Below are positions 1 to 9,456 of a stretch of 64,000 nucleotides of DNA, in pieces (position 1 is the stretch's first letter; the number at the start of each line of letters is the position of its first letter). The notes under the pieces were generated by a model that made no database searches, was not told where the DNA came from, and was given only the letters and a program-made list of their open reading frames with translations. This DNA comes from an uncultured archaeon. Lineage in GTDB: Archaea; Aenigmatarchaeota; Aenigmatarchaeia; QMZP01; QMZT01. The translations under genes and the position numbers were made by a program. The DNA is taken from positions 97,656 to 161,655 of the forward strand of contig CAZTJN010000001.1 of NCBI GenBank assembly GCA_964613955.1, read 5' to 3'.

Positions 1-815
1 AAGAATGTTGAATTATCAGAGAACGTCAGATTTGACCATTCCGGGATAACGTCATAATCTCTTCCAGTTACATTGTGGAAATAGGTCTCGTTTATTATTG
101 CTGTTTGTGCACGTATTGGGTCCAGAACAGGGCAGTCGTTAACGTCTATAATAGTGAATCTGACATACTGCCAGTCCATCAAATCCTCCGGATCCTTCAC
201 CCATATTATAACATCATGAACACCCACGTCTTCTTGCTGTGGTATAAAAATTATTTCCCCTGTGTCAGGGTCTATATCGAAAAAGGTGGCGGTATCACCG
301 AACGTCAGTGTGTCATTATCAAGGTCTGTTGCGGTTACATTATAATAGAAACGCTCCCCTTGGTTTTTCTCAAAATCAGGTATCGGGTTGAGGATAGGAG
401 CATGATTTCTCTTCCTTATATCGAACACCACATCTTGGGAATCCTTTACCGTGTCACACGTGCCTGATATATGAATTTTAACTACTTCAACACCTTCTTG
501 CTCCTTAGTCGGCGTGAATGATATCACGCCGGTCGTTCTGTTAATTTCGAAGAGAAAGGTATTGTCATGAAAAATAACATTCGGGTCGTCTCCCGTATAG
601 TTCACGTCATAGAAAAACGGCTCACCGACGTAGAGTACCTGATCGGGTATAGGGTCAAGCTGCGCGCTGAGTTCTATGCAGAATGAAACAACACCCGATG
701 ACGAGGCCTTGGCTGTCGGCGGTGTTTTTGAGATATAAACCGATATTTGGAGCGAAAAAACTATTATAAATATCGCAATCAGAACTGCTATCACATTATT
801 GGAGACCTCTCTCAT
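1..815 (-). CDS. Membrane-anchored surface protein with tandem cadherin-like/Ig repeats (3' truncated by window edge)
   Basis: Not in ORF track. Manual translation from ATG 815 is open to base 1: MREVSNNVIAVLIAIFIIVFSLQISVY (TM)..TAKASSSGVVSFCI, then ~90-aa repeats (NHAPILNPIPD..YYNVTATDLDNDTLTFGD..FDIDPDTGEIIFIP; DVNDCPVLDPI..HNVTGRDYD). Confidence 0.85.
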   Translation of the reverse strand, partial: MREVSNNVIAVLIAIFIIVFSLQISVYISKTPPTAKASSSGVVSFCIELSAQLDPIPDQVLYVGEPFFYDVNYTGDDPNVIFHDNTFLFEINRTTGVISFTPTKEQEGVEVVKIHISGTCDTVKDSQDVVFDIRKRNHAPILNPIPDFEKNQGERFYYNVTATDLDNDTLTFGDTATFFDIDPDTGEIIFIPQQEDVGVHDVIIWVKDPEDLMDWQYVRFTIIDVNDCPVLDPIRAQTAIINETYFHNVTGRDYDVIPEWSNLTFSDNSTF

Positions 816-912
816 AACCCACCCAGACGTTAAGGAAACAACCCAAGGAACATCACGAACAATGAATGGCCACGATATTTAAAATTGGTTAAAAAGAGTT
901 AAATGCTTTGAA

Positions 913-2103
913 CTATGCCAATTTTTTCTGGATGTATTTCCTTTTCCTTCTTCTTGCTGTATACAATACCATTACTGCAAATATTATTATCAGTATTATA
1001 ACCAAAAGCAGAGTAATATCAGGGAAAACAAACTCGGGTTCTTTCACGATTAATGTGAACTCCATGCTGTCGGTCTTGTTCATGTAATGGAGCGTTGCTA
1101 TACCTTGATATTCTCCAGGACCTTTTGCGTTCGAAGTGTCCCAGAAATTGGTAAACTTTATTTTTTTCCACGGATTCAAAACAATGCTCGGGCTCTTTGT
1201 CGTTAAATCATAACCATCTTTGCTGACGGTCACCGTTACATATGCATCTTCTATATTCTTGTTCCAGTAGCTTATTACCTCGGTTTCTATCGTCCCTATG
1301 GTTCCGTTGACAATAGGCTCAGCGGAAACGTTCAGTATTTTTGCGGTAGGTGAACCTATCCTGAAACCCTTCTGGAATGTTGTTTTGAAGCCATCGTAAT
1401 CTATCCCGACCGCTGCGTAATATTCTCCTGGACTGATCCCGAAGGCAGGCCACTCCGCCTTCATTTCGACCTGTTCCTTGGACGCCACGGATTTCGCATC
1501 AGTCTTCAGGGCAACTATAAATTTACCTGCGGCATCATATATCCTGATTGTGCCCTGGGCTGTTCCGATTGTCTCGTTCCCCCTGTTTATGGCATCTATG
1601 ATGAACAAAATGGTCTTGTTAACCTCAGTATTTTCTATTCTCATGTCAGCTTCCAGATACTTTCCCGGATACGGAACGTGAACATAGAAACCAAGAGCCA
1701 CCTTGACCTTTCCTCCCAATGCGCCTGCCTGCGACGGAACCCCGCCGACAACCTGAGCCGCCCTTATTGCCACCAGATAGGCGCCGGGCTTTTCTAGCTT
1801 TTCCGGCAGGGTCAGCGTGAATTTGATTGGTTTCACGCTACCTGGTTCATCCTTCGGAGCAAGCGTGAAGTTGTATTCACTGAGCGTGGCGTATTCTGTC
1901 AGGTTCCCTCCTAATTCCATCTCAACAGGAAAAGGGTAATCTTGGTCATTTATGACGAACATGTTTCTTTCTATTGCGAGATTCGGTTCGAAGTTCACAT
2001 CAGGCATGGAGATGGGCCCGCTTGGGCCTATTCCCAGAGAGTACACGCTAAAGGAAAACAAGAAAATAAAGAAAAAGGTTGAAATGGAAATTTCCTTGAG
2101 CAT
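913..2103 (-). CDS. Secreted multi-beta-sandwich protein with C-terminal TM anchor (WxLIP/DUF916-like architecture), paralog of 6113-7333
   Basis: Signal peptide, FEPNL, LTLPEKLEKPG, VHVPYPGKY motifs shared with 6113-7333; C-terminal hydrophobic helix plus RRRKRK tail. Confidence 0.75.
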   Translation of the reverse strand: MLKEISISTFFFIFLFSFSVYSLGIGPSGPISMPDVNFEPNLAIERNMFVINDQDYPFPVEMELGGNLTEYATLSEYNFTLAPKDEPGSVKPIKFTLTLPEKLEKPGAYLVAIRAAQVVGGVPSQAGALGGKVKVALGFYVHVPYPGKYLEADMRIENTEVNKTILFIIDAINRGNETIGTAQGTIRIYDAAGKFIVALKTDAKSVASKEQVEMKAEWPAFGISPGEYYAAVGIDYDGFKTTFQKGFRIGSPTAKILNVSAEPIVNGTIGTIETEVISYWNKNIEDAYVTVTVSKDGYDLTTKSPSIVLNPWKKIKFTNFWDTSNAKGPGEYQGIATLHYMNKTDSMEFTLIVKEPEFVFPDITLLLVIILIIIFAVMVLYTARRRKRKYIQKKLA

Positions 2104-2165
2104 ATATTTAATTTAACCTAATTACTATTAAATATTTTGAAATCGCTGAATTCGCTAGCCTCCGA

Positions 2166-2894
2166 TTAGCAGGCACCGCAAGGATTGCACCCAGCTACCG
2201 TCACTGTTGCTGTCTTCGAACCTGCCGCGTCTTCTGGTATTCCGAGCAGGAAATGTATTCTTATCTCATCACTGCACTGAGACGAGTTAAGGTTCGTGCA
2301 AACCGTGGTTGATGATGTCCCCATATCTGTCCAAGTTTGTACAAGCCCGCTAGTACACGCATCCGGGTAAGAACCGCTGCAGCCTGGATTCGTGCCGCCC
2401 CAGGCGCTTTCATTGTTCTTTCCAGCGAACCTGAATTCCGGTGTTTGGGCAGCGCCTCCTATGAACTGCTGTGCTGTCTTATCTGCATAAACTTTGATGC
2501 ATGTATCCGGATCATTCCCGTTGTTCTCGACCACGAAGGGATAAACGTGCGTTCCTGTGTTGTAATCCGTTCCGTTGCCTTCGCTTCCGTTGTTGAAAGA
2601 ACCTGTCCCTGCCGTACCATCCCAGTTTGGTGCTGTATTGTTGCTCCATATTTCCAGTATGCCGCCTCCCTGTGAATTCGGATAACCCGAACCGAACCAG
2701 CTCTCGTTTCTCAGCAGTTTTATGGACAGTGCACTTTCAATCGTCACATTTGCTTTTCCTGCCCCGGTTGTCGCCGCTCCTGTGTACTTCACTGGGTACT
2801 GCATCAGCGTCAATGTGTTTGCCAGTCCCACTATGGAAATCAGTATGGCCACTATCAGCAATCCTGCAATCAAGTTATTTGATATTTCTGCCAT
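2166..2894 (-). CDS. Pilin-like secreted beta-sandwich subunit (hypothetical)
   Basis: N-terminal TM (EISNNLIAGLLIVAILISIVG), YTGAAT motif, single ~190-aa domain homologous to C-terminus of 7783-9414; good RBS (AGGAGG) upstream. Confidence 0.7.
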   Translation of the reverse strand: MAEISNNLIAGLLIVAILISIVGLANTLTLMQYPVKYTGAATTGAGKANVTIESALSIKLLRNESWFGSGYPNSQGGGILEIWSNNTAPNWDGTAGTGSFNNGSEGNGTDYNTGTHVYPFVVENNGNDPDTCIKVYADKTAQQFIGGAAQTPEFRFAGKNNESAWGGTNPGCSGSYPDACTSGLVQTWTDMGTSSTTVCTNLNSSQCSDEIRIHFLLGIPEDAAGSKTATVTVAGCNPCGAC

Positions 2895-2936
2895 ATTTTA
2901 TTTTCCTCCTGATAATATTGCAAACAACATCATAAA

Positions 2937-3173
2937 CTATTCTTCGTTGCCTCCCAGTATCACAAGACCTACAATACCGCTTGTTTGGACAGGCGGGGAT
3001 TTGGGCCTGTCAGATAGGATTTCCACACCCACAACTCCCTGCGTTTCCGAGCAGGGTGGTTTGGATTCTGGTGCGGGATAAATATTAGTCATCATGGCAT
3101 ACACTCCCATAACAGAAATTAACAGTAATATCATAACCAAGATGAAAATTAACCTATTATCTATTCCAGCCAT
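2937..3173 (-). CDS. Small membrane-anchored protein with two repeated beta-strand motifs
   Basis: 78 aa; TM similar to neighbour (IDNRLIFILVMILLLISVMG), then duplicated PP-x-x-x-T-x-G-[VI]-V-G-[VL]-x-I-L. Confidence 0.7.
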   Translation of the reverse strand: MAGIDNRLIFILVMILLLISVMGVYAMMTNIYPAPESKPPCSETQGVVGVEILSDRPKSPPVQTSGIVGLVILGGNEE

Positions 3174-3244
3174 AAATACCGACCCTCAATATAGAATATT
3201 TAGTCTGAACTTATTTAAATTTATAGTATTCCACATGTTCATGT

Positions 3245-5566
3245 TCAAACCCTTTCCACACCTATGTTCACCTTGCTCCCGATCATTCCCTTATTTTCTA
3301 TCACAACCCTGCTGTAACCCCTTCCAATGCTCAGGGTGTTGTTAATGTCTATGTCATCATCCTTTATTTCTATTCTGAACGGATACCTATTTCCCAATCC
3401 GTATGAAAAACTCGGGGAGAGCTTCGAAAGAAATTCACCCTTCTCTATCATATCCATGCGGTTGTTCACCTGCCTCCAGTTACCCTTGGAAAAAACAAGA
3501 AAAACCATGAAGTTCGTGAATCTCTGGTCTGTTTGCATTTCATATTCATCAGACGCTGCTGCAGCCGTTATCATCAATGGGCTCTCTGAAGAGAAAACAA
3601 GTGATACCAGAACATCATTCAAATATGAGGATAAATAATAGTGAGGTGGGTTCAGATCTGTGTAGGGACTTATGGAAGCGAGCTGGCTGTATGTTCTTTC
3701 TCCAAGGCCGGGTACATACATCATGGCGGAATTCCATGTACTGTTCAGCGAAAGCTTCACCTGAACATTAAGGGTGGCAACAGCTATCTTGGTCCAGTCA
3801 TAGCCCTTTCCATTTCCGACGTCAGTGGCTGTAACATTTATCAGCCACAAGCCCGATGCGTCCGAAGGAAGCGTGTAGTTGTATTCGTATAGATAGCCGT
3901 TGGTTATTTCCGAGATGTTTGCCATGTTGGCATTGCCCACCTTCGTTGCCCCGAGATTATCCTTTATAAGAACAGTTGCATTCGACAGGTAATCCCTGCC
4001 TGTGCTGCTCGTCACAGTCGCGCGTATCCTTACCATTCTTCCCGGTCTGAATATGCTCGTTTCAGCAAGTGCTCTTGTGTATGTTTTAACCTCGACAATA
4101 GGCAGTCCCATATCCTGCAAATGGATAACAACGAATCTGCTCTCTGTCAGGTTTTCATGCGTCTGGTTCGCCACATAGCCTGACTTGCTGACGTTAATTG
4201 TGTAATTGGTGAAAAAATTCTTCCCAGATGATGTCTGGTTGTATTCGTTCAGGACTTGTCTTGTTATATGGCCCGTGGAGTTCGTAAGACCGCTAAACTT
4301 CAAGGAATTGTACGAGTCCGTTATGTTGACATCCGCTCCCTGCACAGGATTTTCGGACATGTCCTTAACCTGTACCTGCAGGTACCATCTGACCCAGATA
4401 ACCGTGTTGCCGTTCACGGAAATATTATTCTTGTCGAACGTTGTGTTTATGAAGTAGTTGTTGGAAGAACTTGTGTCATCTGCGTAAACCTCATCGCCGG
4501 GTGAAGCGTTTATGAGCGTGTCTATGATGTAGTTGTTGGTGGTGTATGTCAAACGCATGCCTTCGTTGTCATTGGAGTGGATATTGCTCCTGCTTACATT
4601 ATTTCCCGAACCGTAGCTTATCATTATCCCGCGTACGTTCAAAGAGGCATCGATGTTTATAATGAGGTTGTTGGAAGAGGATTGCGAATAAATCCCGTTC
4701 CCGCCGTTATCAAGAAAAATGCAATTTTCAATTCTGTTTCCGTTTGAACTGGATTCGAGGTACACGCCGTTGTTCGTATTCAGGGAGCTGTTGACAGACG
4801 TTACGTTGTTGCTTGCTGACTGGTAGAACCAGATACCTGTGTTGCTGTTGGATACTACCTTACCGCCTTCTATCCTGTTGCCTGAGGATGACGCTGCATA
4901 AATACCTCTTGCCTTGTTGGATGTTGTATTAGTTTCGTATATCACGTTGTTATCAGAAGAATCGAGGTTGATGCCGTCCTGTGCGTTGAAGCTTACAACA
5001 GCATATTCAACTCTGTTGTTGTTCGCGGTCGAGAACCAAATTCCGTGGTTTGTGTTTTTCGAAACGTTTCCGTGGCTGAAGTTGTTGCTGGAGGAAGAAG
5101 CAAACACAACCCCGTAGTCTTCGTTAAAGAAAACAGTGTTGTTGGTCAGGTTGTTGTAAGTCGATCCGGAAACTATGTTTATTCCCCTGTCCGTGTTCGA
5201 GGTTATGAAATTGTTGTATATCCTGCTGCCGGCAGAAGAAGATATGTCTATACCATATGCCCAGTCGGATACCTCGCAGTTGCGAATCGTTACGTTGTCG
5301 TAGTTGGGGATCCTCACACCATAGGTATTTGCGTTGTCAACTCCGTCTATCCTGTTGCCTTGACAGTCCAGCGTAACATTATCAGCCTGGACGTACATGC
5401 AGGTTGAGTTCGTGGAGTTCCATATGCTCTGTGTCAGCAGATACGTTTCGCTTGGTGTGTCGAGGACAGTGCAGTTGTCTATGTTGAGAGACAAGACAGG
5501 CAACGCCTCTGACAAAAGGAAAATAAAAAATACAAGTCCTGCCAACAGCACGCCCTTACCCCACAT
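3245..5566 (-). CDS. Secreted right-handed parallel beta-helix (NosD/CASH-like) surface protein
   Basis: Signal peptide, NVTLDCQG, many GIxLxSSSNNxI repeats, followed by Ig-like domains; many N-x-S/T sequons. Confidence 0.85.
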   Translation of the reverse strand: MWGKGVLLAGLVFFIFLLSEALPVLSLNIDNCTVLDTPSETYLLTQSIWNSTNSTCMYVQADNVTLDCQGNRIDGVDNANTYGVRIPNYDNVTIRNCEVSDWAYGIDISSSAGSRIYNNFITSNTDRGINIVSGSTYNNLTNNTVFFNEDYGVVFASSSSNNFSHGNVSKNTNHGIWFSTANNNRVEYAVVSFNAQDGINLDSSDNNVIYETNTTSNKARGIYAASSSGNRIEGGKVVSNSNTGIWFYQSASNNVTSVNSSLNTNNGVYLESSSNGNRIENCIFLDNGGNGIYSQSSSNNLIINIDASLNVRGIMISYGSGNNVSRSNIHSNDNEGMRLTYTTNNYIIDTLINASPGDEVYADDTSSSNNYFINTTFDKNNISVNGNTVIWVRWYLQVQVKDMSENPVQGADVNITDSYNSLKFSGLTNSTGHITRQVLNEYNQTSSGKNFFTNYTINVSKSGYVANQTHENLTESRFVVIHLQDMGLPIVEVKTYTRALAETSIFRPGRMVRIRATVTSSTGRDYLSNATVLIKDNLGATKVGNANMANISEITNGYLYEYNYTLPSDASGLWLINVTATDVGNGKGYDWTKIAVATLNVQVKLSLNSTWNSAMMYVPGLGERTYSQLASISPYTDLNPPHYYLSSYLNDVLVSLVFSSESPLMITAAAASDEYEMQTDQRFTNFMVFLVFSKGNWRQVNNRMDMIEKGEFLSKLSPSFSYGLGNRYPFRIEIKDDDIDINNTLSIGRGYSRVVIENKGMIGSKVNIGVERV

Positions 5567-5606
5567 ACTTTATAATTTGTACTAGATTAAATAATAGTTT
5601 GAATCT

Positions 5607-5625
5607 CCGAAAGGTTTTAAAATTT
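5607..5625 (+). promoter_or_regulatory. Archaeal BRE-TATA promoter (probably leaderless transcript)
   Basis: CCGAAAGGTTTTAAAATTT about 25-30 nt upstream of ATG 5643. Confidence 0.5.
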
Positions 5626-5642
5626 AAAACCAAGGAATACGC

Positions 5643-6092
5643 ATGAAAGATCCGAGATTTTACATTCTCCCTTTAATTTCAGTAATCATCGTCGCAGTTT
5701 TTCTGGTGAACCCCGGCATAACGGGTCTTATCATAGGGACGGGAGGGAGCGCGGAAGAAAACCTGATGCAACTCAGCGGAAAAGTGAGTATAACCATCTC
5801 GAAAGACATAATCCCAGAGGATGCAGTGGTCACTGTTTTCTTCAGCGACCAGAGTTCAGCGATGCCCATAAAGGACTTCATAGAAAAATCAGGCAAGGAA
5901 TACGAGTTCAAATACGGGCGAATCTCTGAGATAGGATACGAAGGTTACGGCTACGGAAAGGGGACGTACACCCTTGACCTTTCGGATTTCGGTCTTAACC
6001 TCATGGTCGAACCGGGCAATTACACGCTGACAACAGAGATAAGTTATGAAAATTTCGTAATATCGAGCACATCGCAGGACGTTGTTGTCTGA
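5643..6092 (+). CDS. N-terminally anchored hypothetical surface protein
   Basis: TM helix then PGITGLII and GKVSITI; single beta-rich domain. Confidence 0.75.
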   Translation: MKDPRFYILPLISVIIVAVFLVNPGITGLIIGTGGSAEENLMQLSGKVSITISKDIIPEDAVVTVFFSDQSSAMPIKDFIEKSGKEYEFKYGRISEIGYEGYGYGKGTYTLDLSDFGLNLMVEPGNYTLTTEISYENFVISSTSQDVVV

Positions 6093-6112
6093 AAATATCC
6101 GTCATTTATAAT

Positions 6113-7333
6113 TTATTTTCTCCTTCTGAAGTAGAAGAACCACCCCAAATTTATCATTATTAACACTATTACAAGCGGCGTTAATATGTCGTAGCCTCCG
6201 CCCTCTTCCCTTCTGATAGCCTTTGCTGTCACCCCAAGTATCTCCGTCTTTATGCTCTCCAGCTCTATGTACGTCTTGAGCTTCTTCTCCGTGGTTCTGC
6301 TCGCGTAATGCAGAACAAGGTTCGCATCGTATACGCCTTTTTCAACCCCTTCCGTGTCCCAGTATGCCAGTAACGTTTCCTTCTGAAGCGGTTCGATGTC
6401 GACAGAGGCGGATTTGACGTTTGCGACTGTGTTGCCCGCCGCATCCTTTATCACCATTTCAGCATAGACGTTTTCGATTTTCTTGTTCCACTTGCTCTCC
6501 ACGAGGATGTTGAACTTTGCCACTCCACCCAGCCTGAATCCCTTAACCGTGACTTCCTTCACATCCACGAAAAGGTTGCCCACGTAAAAATTCTTTTCTG
6601 CTCTTGCGATTTTGTTATCGTACCTGAGCGTAGCCACCGCATGATAGACCCCCGGGTTCACGTCCGCTTTCCAGTACGCCGCCAAGTCCTTTCTTTCCTT
6701 TGATTTGATGGGGATGTCCTCGGTCTCAACCGTATCAATAACCTCGTTCGTCGGACCCTTTATTTCGATGGATGCCTTTGCGTGCGCTATGTTCTGCGTC
6801 CCGAGATTGTAAACCTTAACGAAGAAGTTCACGGTTTCTCCAGGCTGGGCTTCGGCGATGGTCAGATCCATTTCTGCATACTTGCCTGGGTACGGGACCT
6901 TCACCAGAAGCTGGTGTATGACGGCAGTAGTGGCAATAACGAACTGCCCTTTTAATTCTTCCTGCCCTGTGATGCCTGGTGGGAGTTCCATCAAAACAAT
7001 CTTTGCCCAGTGGTCTCCAGGTTTGTCGATACTTTCAGGCAATTTGACCGTATATGTGAAGGGCTTGGAGTATTCCTCTTCACTGAACTCAACCAAGTTT
7101 TTTTCAATATTAACGTAATCCTTCAAGTCCCCCTCCACGTAAACTAGAGCATTGAATGCCTTGTGGTCGTTGTTAAGAATCTTGAAGGTAATTTTTTCAG
7201 AGAGGCCGGGCTCAAATTCAATTGTTTTCCTGCCCGGCGTAACTCCTATGGCACCCGCATTCACCGGAACTGTGAACAGGACCAGCAGGAATGCCAGCAC
7301 TGCGAACCCCCTAAGCCTGCTCCCCTTTGACAT
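6113..7333 (-). CDS. Secreted multi-beta-sandwich protein with C-terminal TM anchor, paralog of 913-2103
   Basis: Signal peptide (VNA-G), GVTPGRKTIEFEPGL, VKVPYPGKY, C-terminal TM plus RRRK. Confidence 0.8.
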   Translation of the reverse strand: MSKGSRLRGFAVLAFLLVLFTVPVNAGAIGVTPGRKTIEFEPGLSEKITFKILNNDHKAFNALVYVEGDLKDYVNIEKNLVEFSEEEYSKPFTYTVKLPESIDKPGDHWAKIVLMELPPGITGQEELKGQFVIATTAVIHQLLVKVPYPGKYAEMDLTIAEAQPGETVNFFVKVYNLGTQNIAHAKASIEIKGPTNEVIDTVETEDIPIKSKERKDLAAYWKADVNPGVYHAVATLRYDNKIARAEKNFYVGNLFVDVKEVTVKGFRLGGVAKFNILVESKWNKKIENVYAEMVIKDAAGNTVANVKSASVDIEPLQKETLLAYWDTEGVEKGVYDANLVLHYASRTTEKKLKTYIELESIKTEILGVTAKAIRREEGGGYDILTPLVIVLIMINLGWFFYFRRRK

Positions 7334-7796
7334 TCTCCCCTTCTCCTATTTTAACCGATGAGCCAACCCCGAGGACCATGGCCCCCGTGACCCTGCTGAG
7401 AACAACGTCCGTGTTCCCTTCGTTCCTGACTTCGTTCTTCTCCCTTGCAAGCACAACGCTCGAACCCAGAGTAAATTTGCGGACCCCGCTTTCGAACACC
7501 CCGCTCCTGACCTTCCAGTAGTACGTCCCGAAATCCAAGTTGTTGCTGAACCTGAAGGAGTTGTCCGAAACTTTAACAGCGAAAGGACTTGTGAAATCTT
7601 GGTCGTCATCCACCAGAAGTTCATATTGTTTGTAGGGACCGCCCCACACAAATTCAGGCGCTCTTTCCGTTATATACACCCCGTTTTCCGGTTCTATCAG
7701 CGGGATGGCCGTTACGCCCGCCAGAAGATAGATAACTAATCCGATGACTAACAAATTCGCCAGTATCAGGGCCTTCGAAATCTTAAGTTTCGCCAA
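7311..7796 (-). CDS. Anchored FN3/Ig-like domain protein
   Basis: TM, PEFVW..YELLVDDDQDFTSP..GTYYWKVR; overlaps both neighbours (coupled operon). Confidence 0.75.
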   Translation of the reverse strand: MAKLKISKALILANLLVIGLVIYLLAGVTAIPLIEPENGVYITERAPEFVWGGPYKQYELLVDDDQDFTSPFAVKVSDNSFRFSNNLDFGTYYWKVRSGVFESGVRKFTLGSSVVLAREKNEVRNEGNTDVVLSRVTGAMVLGVGSSVKIGEGENVKGEQA

Positions 7797-9414
7797 TGTA
7801 CCACCCCGTGAATATGAGAGTAGATGATTTACCTCCTGGAGGTTCGTCCCAGGGAACCATTATCTGGATTTCGACTTCGGCGGAATCATTCGTGTCCGTG
7901 TAGTTCAGCGAGTTTATGAAGGTGTTGTTGACCAAAGGGACGTTTGTCCAGCTTGTTGTCGAGCCGGTCCAGTTGAATGCCCCCTCCTCTCCCGGCCACC
8001 AGTCAACAGAATAGTTGAAGTAGTCTGAAGGCACGGGAGCAGAAAGCCATAAAGAATTTTGGGCAGATATATTCACGTCTATTATGCAGTTCCCGTCATT
8101 GTGAAGGCCAAACGGATTCGGCGCGTTGTCCGAGGTGTCGTTCTCATATCCCAATGGCCTGTTTTCCCCGAAGTCAACCACGTCAGGTGAAATCGAAATC
8201 GAAACATTCGTGTCTATTGTGAAGTTCCATTTGTCACTTTCCGTTCCGTTTTCGTATCCGTCATACGCCTTAACGGACCAGTTGTAGTAGTAGTTATCAT
8301 CCCCGAAGTACCGGAGTTCTGTGGAAGGTGTGTAATTAAGATCAGGTGTGCTCGCATATCTGTTATCGCTTGAACAATCCCCTCCTCCCAGCTTAAGACA
8401 GGTTATGTTTACGAAATACGTCAGAGAATCGCCGTCCGCATCATTCGGCTTATTCCATTTCAACGTTGGCGTTTTGTTTGTGAAATGCGAACCGCTCGGC
8501 GGGGAGTCCAAAATAACTTTGTCAGGTTTCGCATTTTCACGGAACTGCCTTAGCGTTTCGTTGCCCCACACACCGTTGGAATCATTCGCATAAACCTTGA
8601 ACTGATACGTTGTTCCGTCCAGTGTTGTTTTTGTTTTGGTGCATATCACACTGTTGCCAGAGCCTATCTTGTTCATGGTTTCATTGCCTGCCGGGTTGTT
8701 TCCCTCTTTCCATTCGAGCAGACACGTATCGATGCTTGCCTGCGAATCAGAAATGACAGTTACATTTATCGTTACGCTGTTTGCGATCTGCCTTGTTCCG
8801 TCCCCGGGCGTTGGGCTTTCGTATGTGACGCTCACGTCATTTGCAACCCTGCAGCATATCTTCCTTTTGTACTCTTGGCACGGCCCGATATGCGCGTTTG
8901 TGTCGTTGTTTTCCGATGGATATGCGGAAGCCATGGATGCGAAACACTCCCTGTCACTCGGGCAGGCATTATCCACATAAGTGCAGTTGAAATAGCCAGG
9001 CGTGGCTTCCAGACAGACGTCAACTCCATAAACAACCCCAGGGCCCGAATAATCACCCCTTTGAACATGCGAATTGGTGGTCGCGTTCAATCGGAGGAAA
9101 ACGCCCTCGCAACCGTAGGAGAGGGTTGAGTTCGAATCGCAGCATATCGCATAAGGATAGTTGTTAACGGAAACATTCTGGGCATGCGCATTCCAGTAAC
9201 CTCCCGTGTCGTTCTTCACGTACAAGACAGGGGTGTATGAACAGCTGGTATTCACCGTAAAACTGCAATCTAAATCACCGGCGGCCGAAACAAGATACAC
9301 AAAAACCAGAGTAAGGAGAAAAATCATCTCGATTATCATTAAATTGCTTCCCCTGGAACTTTTCCTCAAGACGTTCCCCTCCCTATGAAAGAATAGAGTA
9401 TTACCCAGTATCAA
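7783..9414 (-). CDS. Multidomain secreted adhesin-like protein: Cys-rich N-domain, Ig/FN3 domains, C-terminal pilin-like domain (true start possibly TTG 9369 or a later ATG)
   Basis: Signal peptide; Cys-rich head; YQFKVYANDSNG and YYYNWSVKAYDG Ig/FN3 motifs; last ~140 aa align by eye with 2166-2894. Confidence 0.8.
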   Translation of the reverse strand: MILGNTLFFHREGNVLRKSSRGSNLMIIEMIFLLTLVFVYLVSAAGDLDCSFTVNTSCSYTPVLYVKNDTGGYWNAHAQNVSVNNYPYAICCDSNSTLSYGCEGVFLRLNATTNSHVQRGDYSGPGVVYGVDVCLEATPGYFNCTYVDNACPSDRECFASMASAYPSENNDTNAHIGPCQEYKRKICCRVANDVSVTYESPTPGDGTRQIANSVTINVTVISDSQASIDTCLLEWKEGNNPAGNETMNKIGSGNSVICTKTKTTLDGTTYQFKVYANDSNGVWGNETLRQFRENAKPDKVILDSPPSGSHFTNKTPTLKWNKPNDADGDSLTYFVNITCLKLGGGDCSSDNRYASTPDLNYTPSTELRYFGDDNYYYNWSVKAYDGYENGTESDKWNFTIDTNVSISISPDVVDFGENRPLGYENDTSDNAPNPFGLHNDGNCIIDVNISAQNSLWLSAPVPSDYFNYSVDWWPGEEGAFNWTGSTTSWTNVPLVNNTFINSLNYTDTNDSAEVEIQIMVPWDEPPGGKSSTLIFTGWYIGET

Positions 9415-9456
9415 TTATAATCTTGGTGGCTAAGAAATAAAAATCGACTGTGAAAT

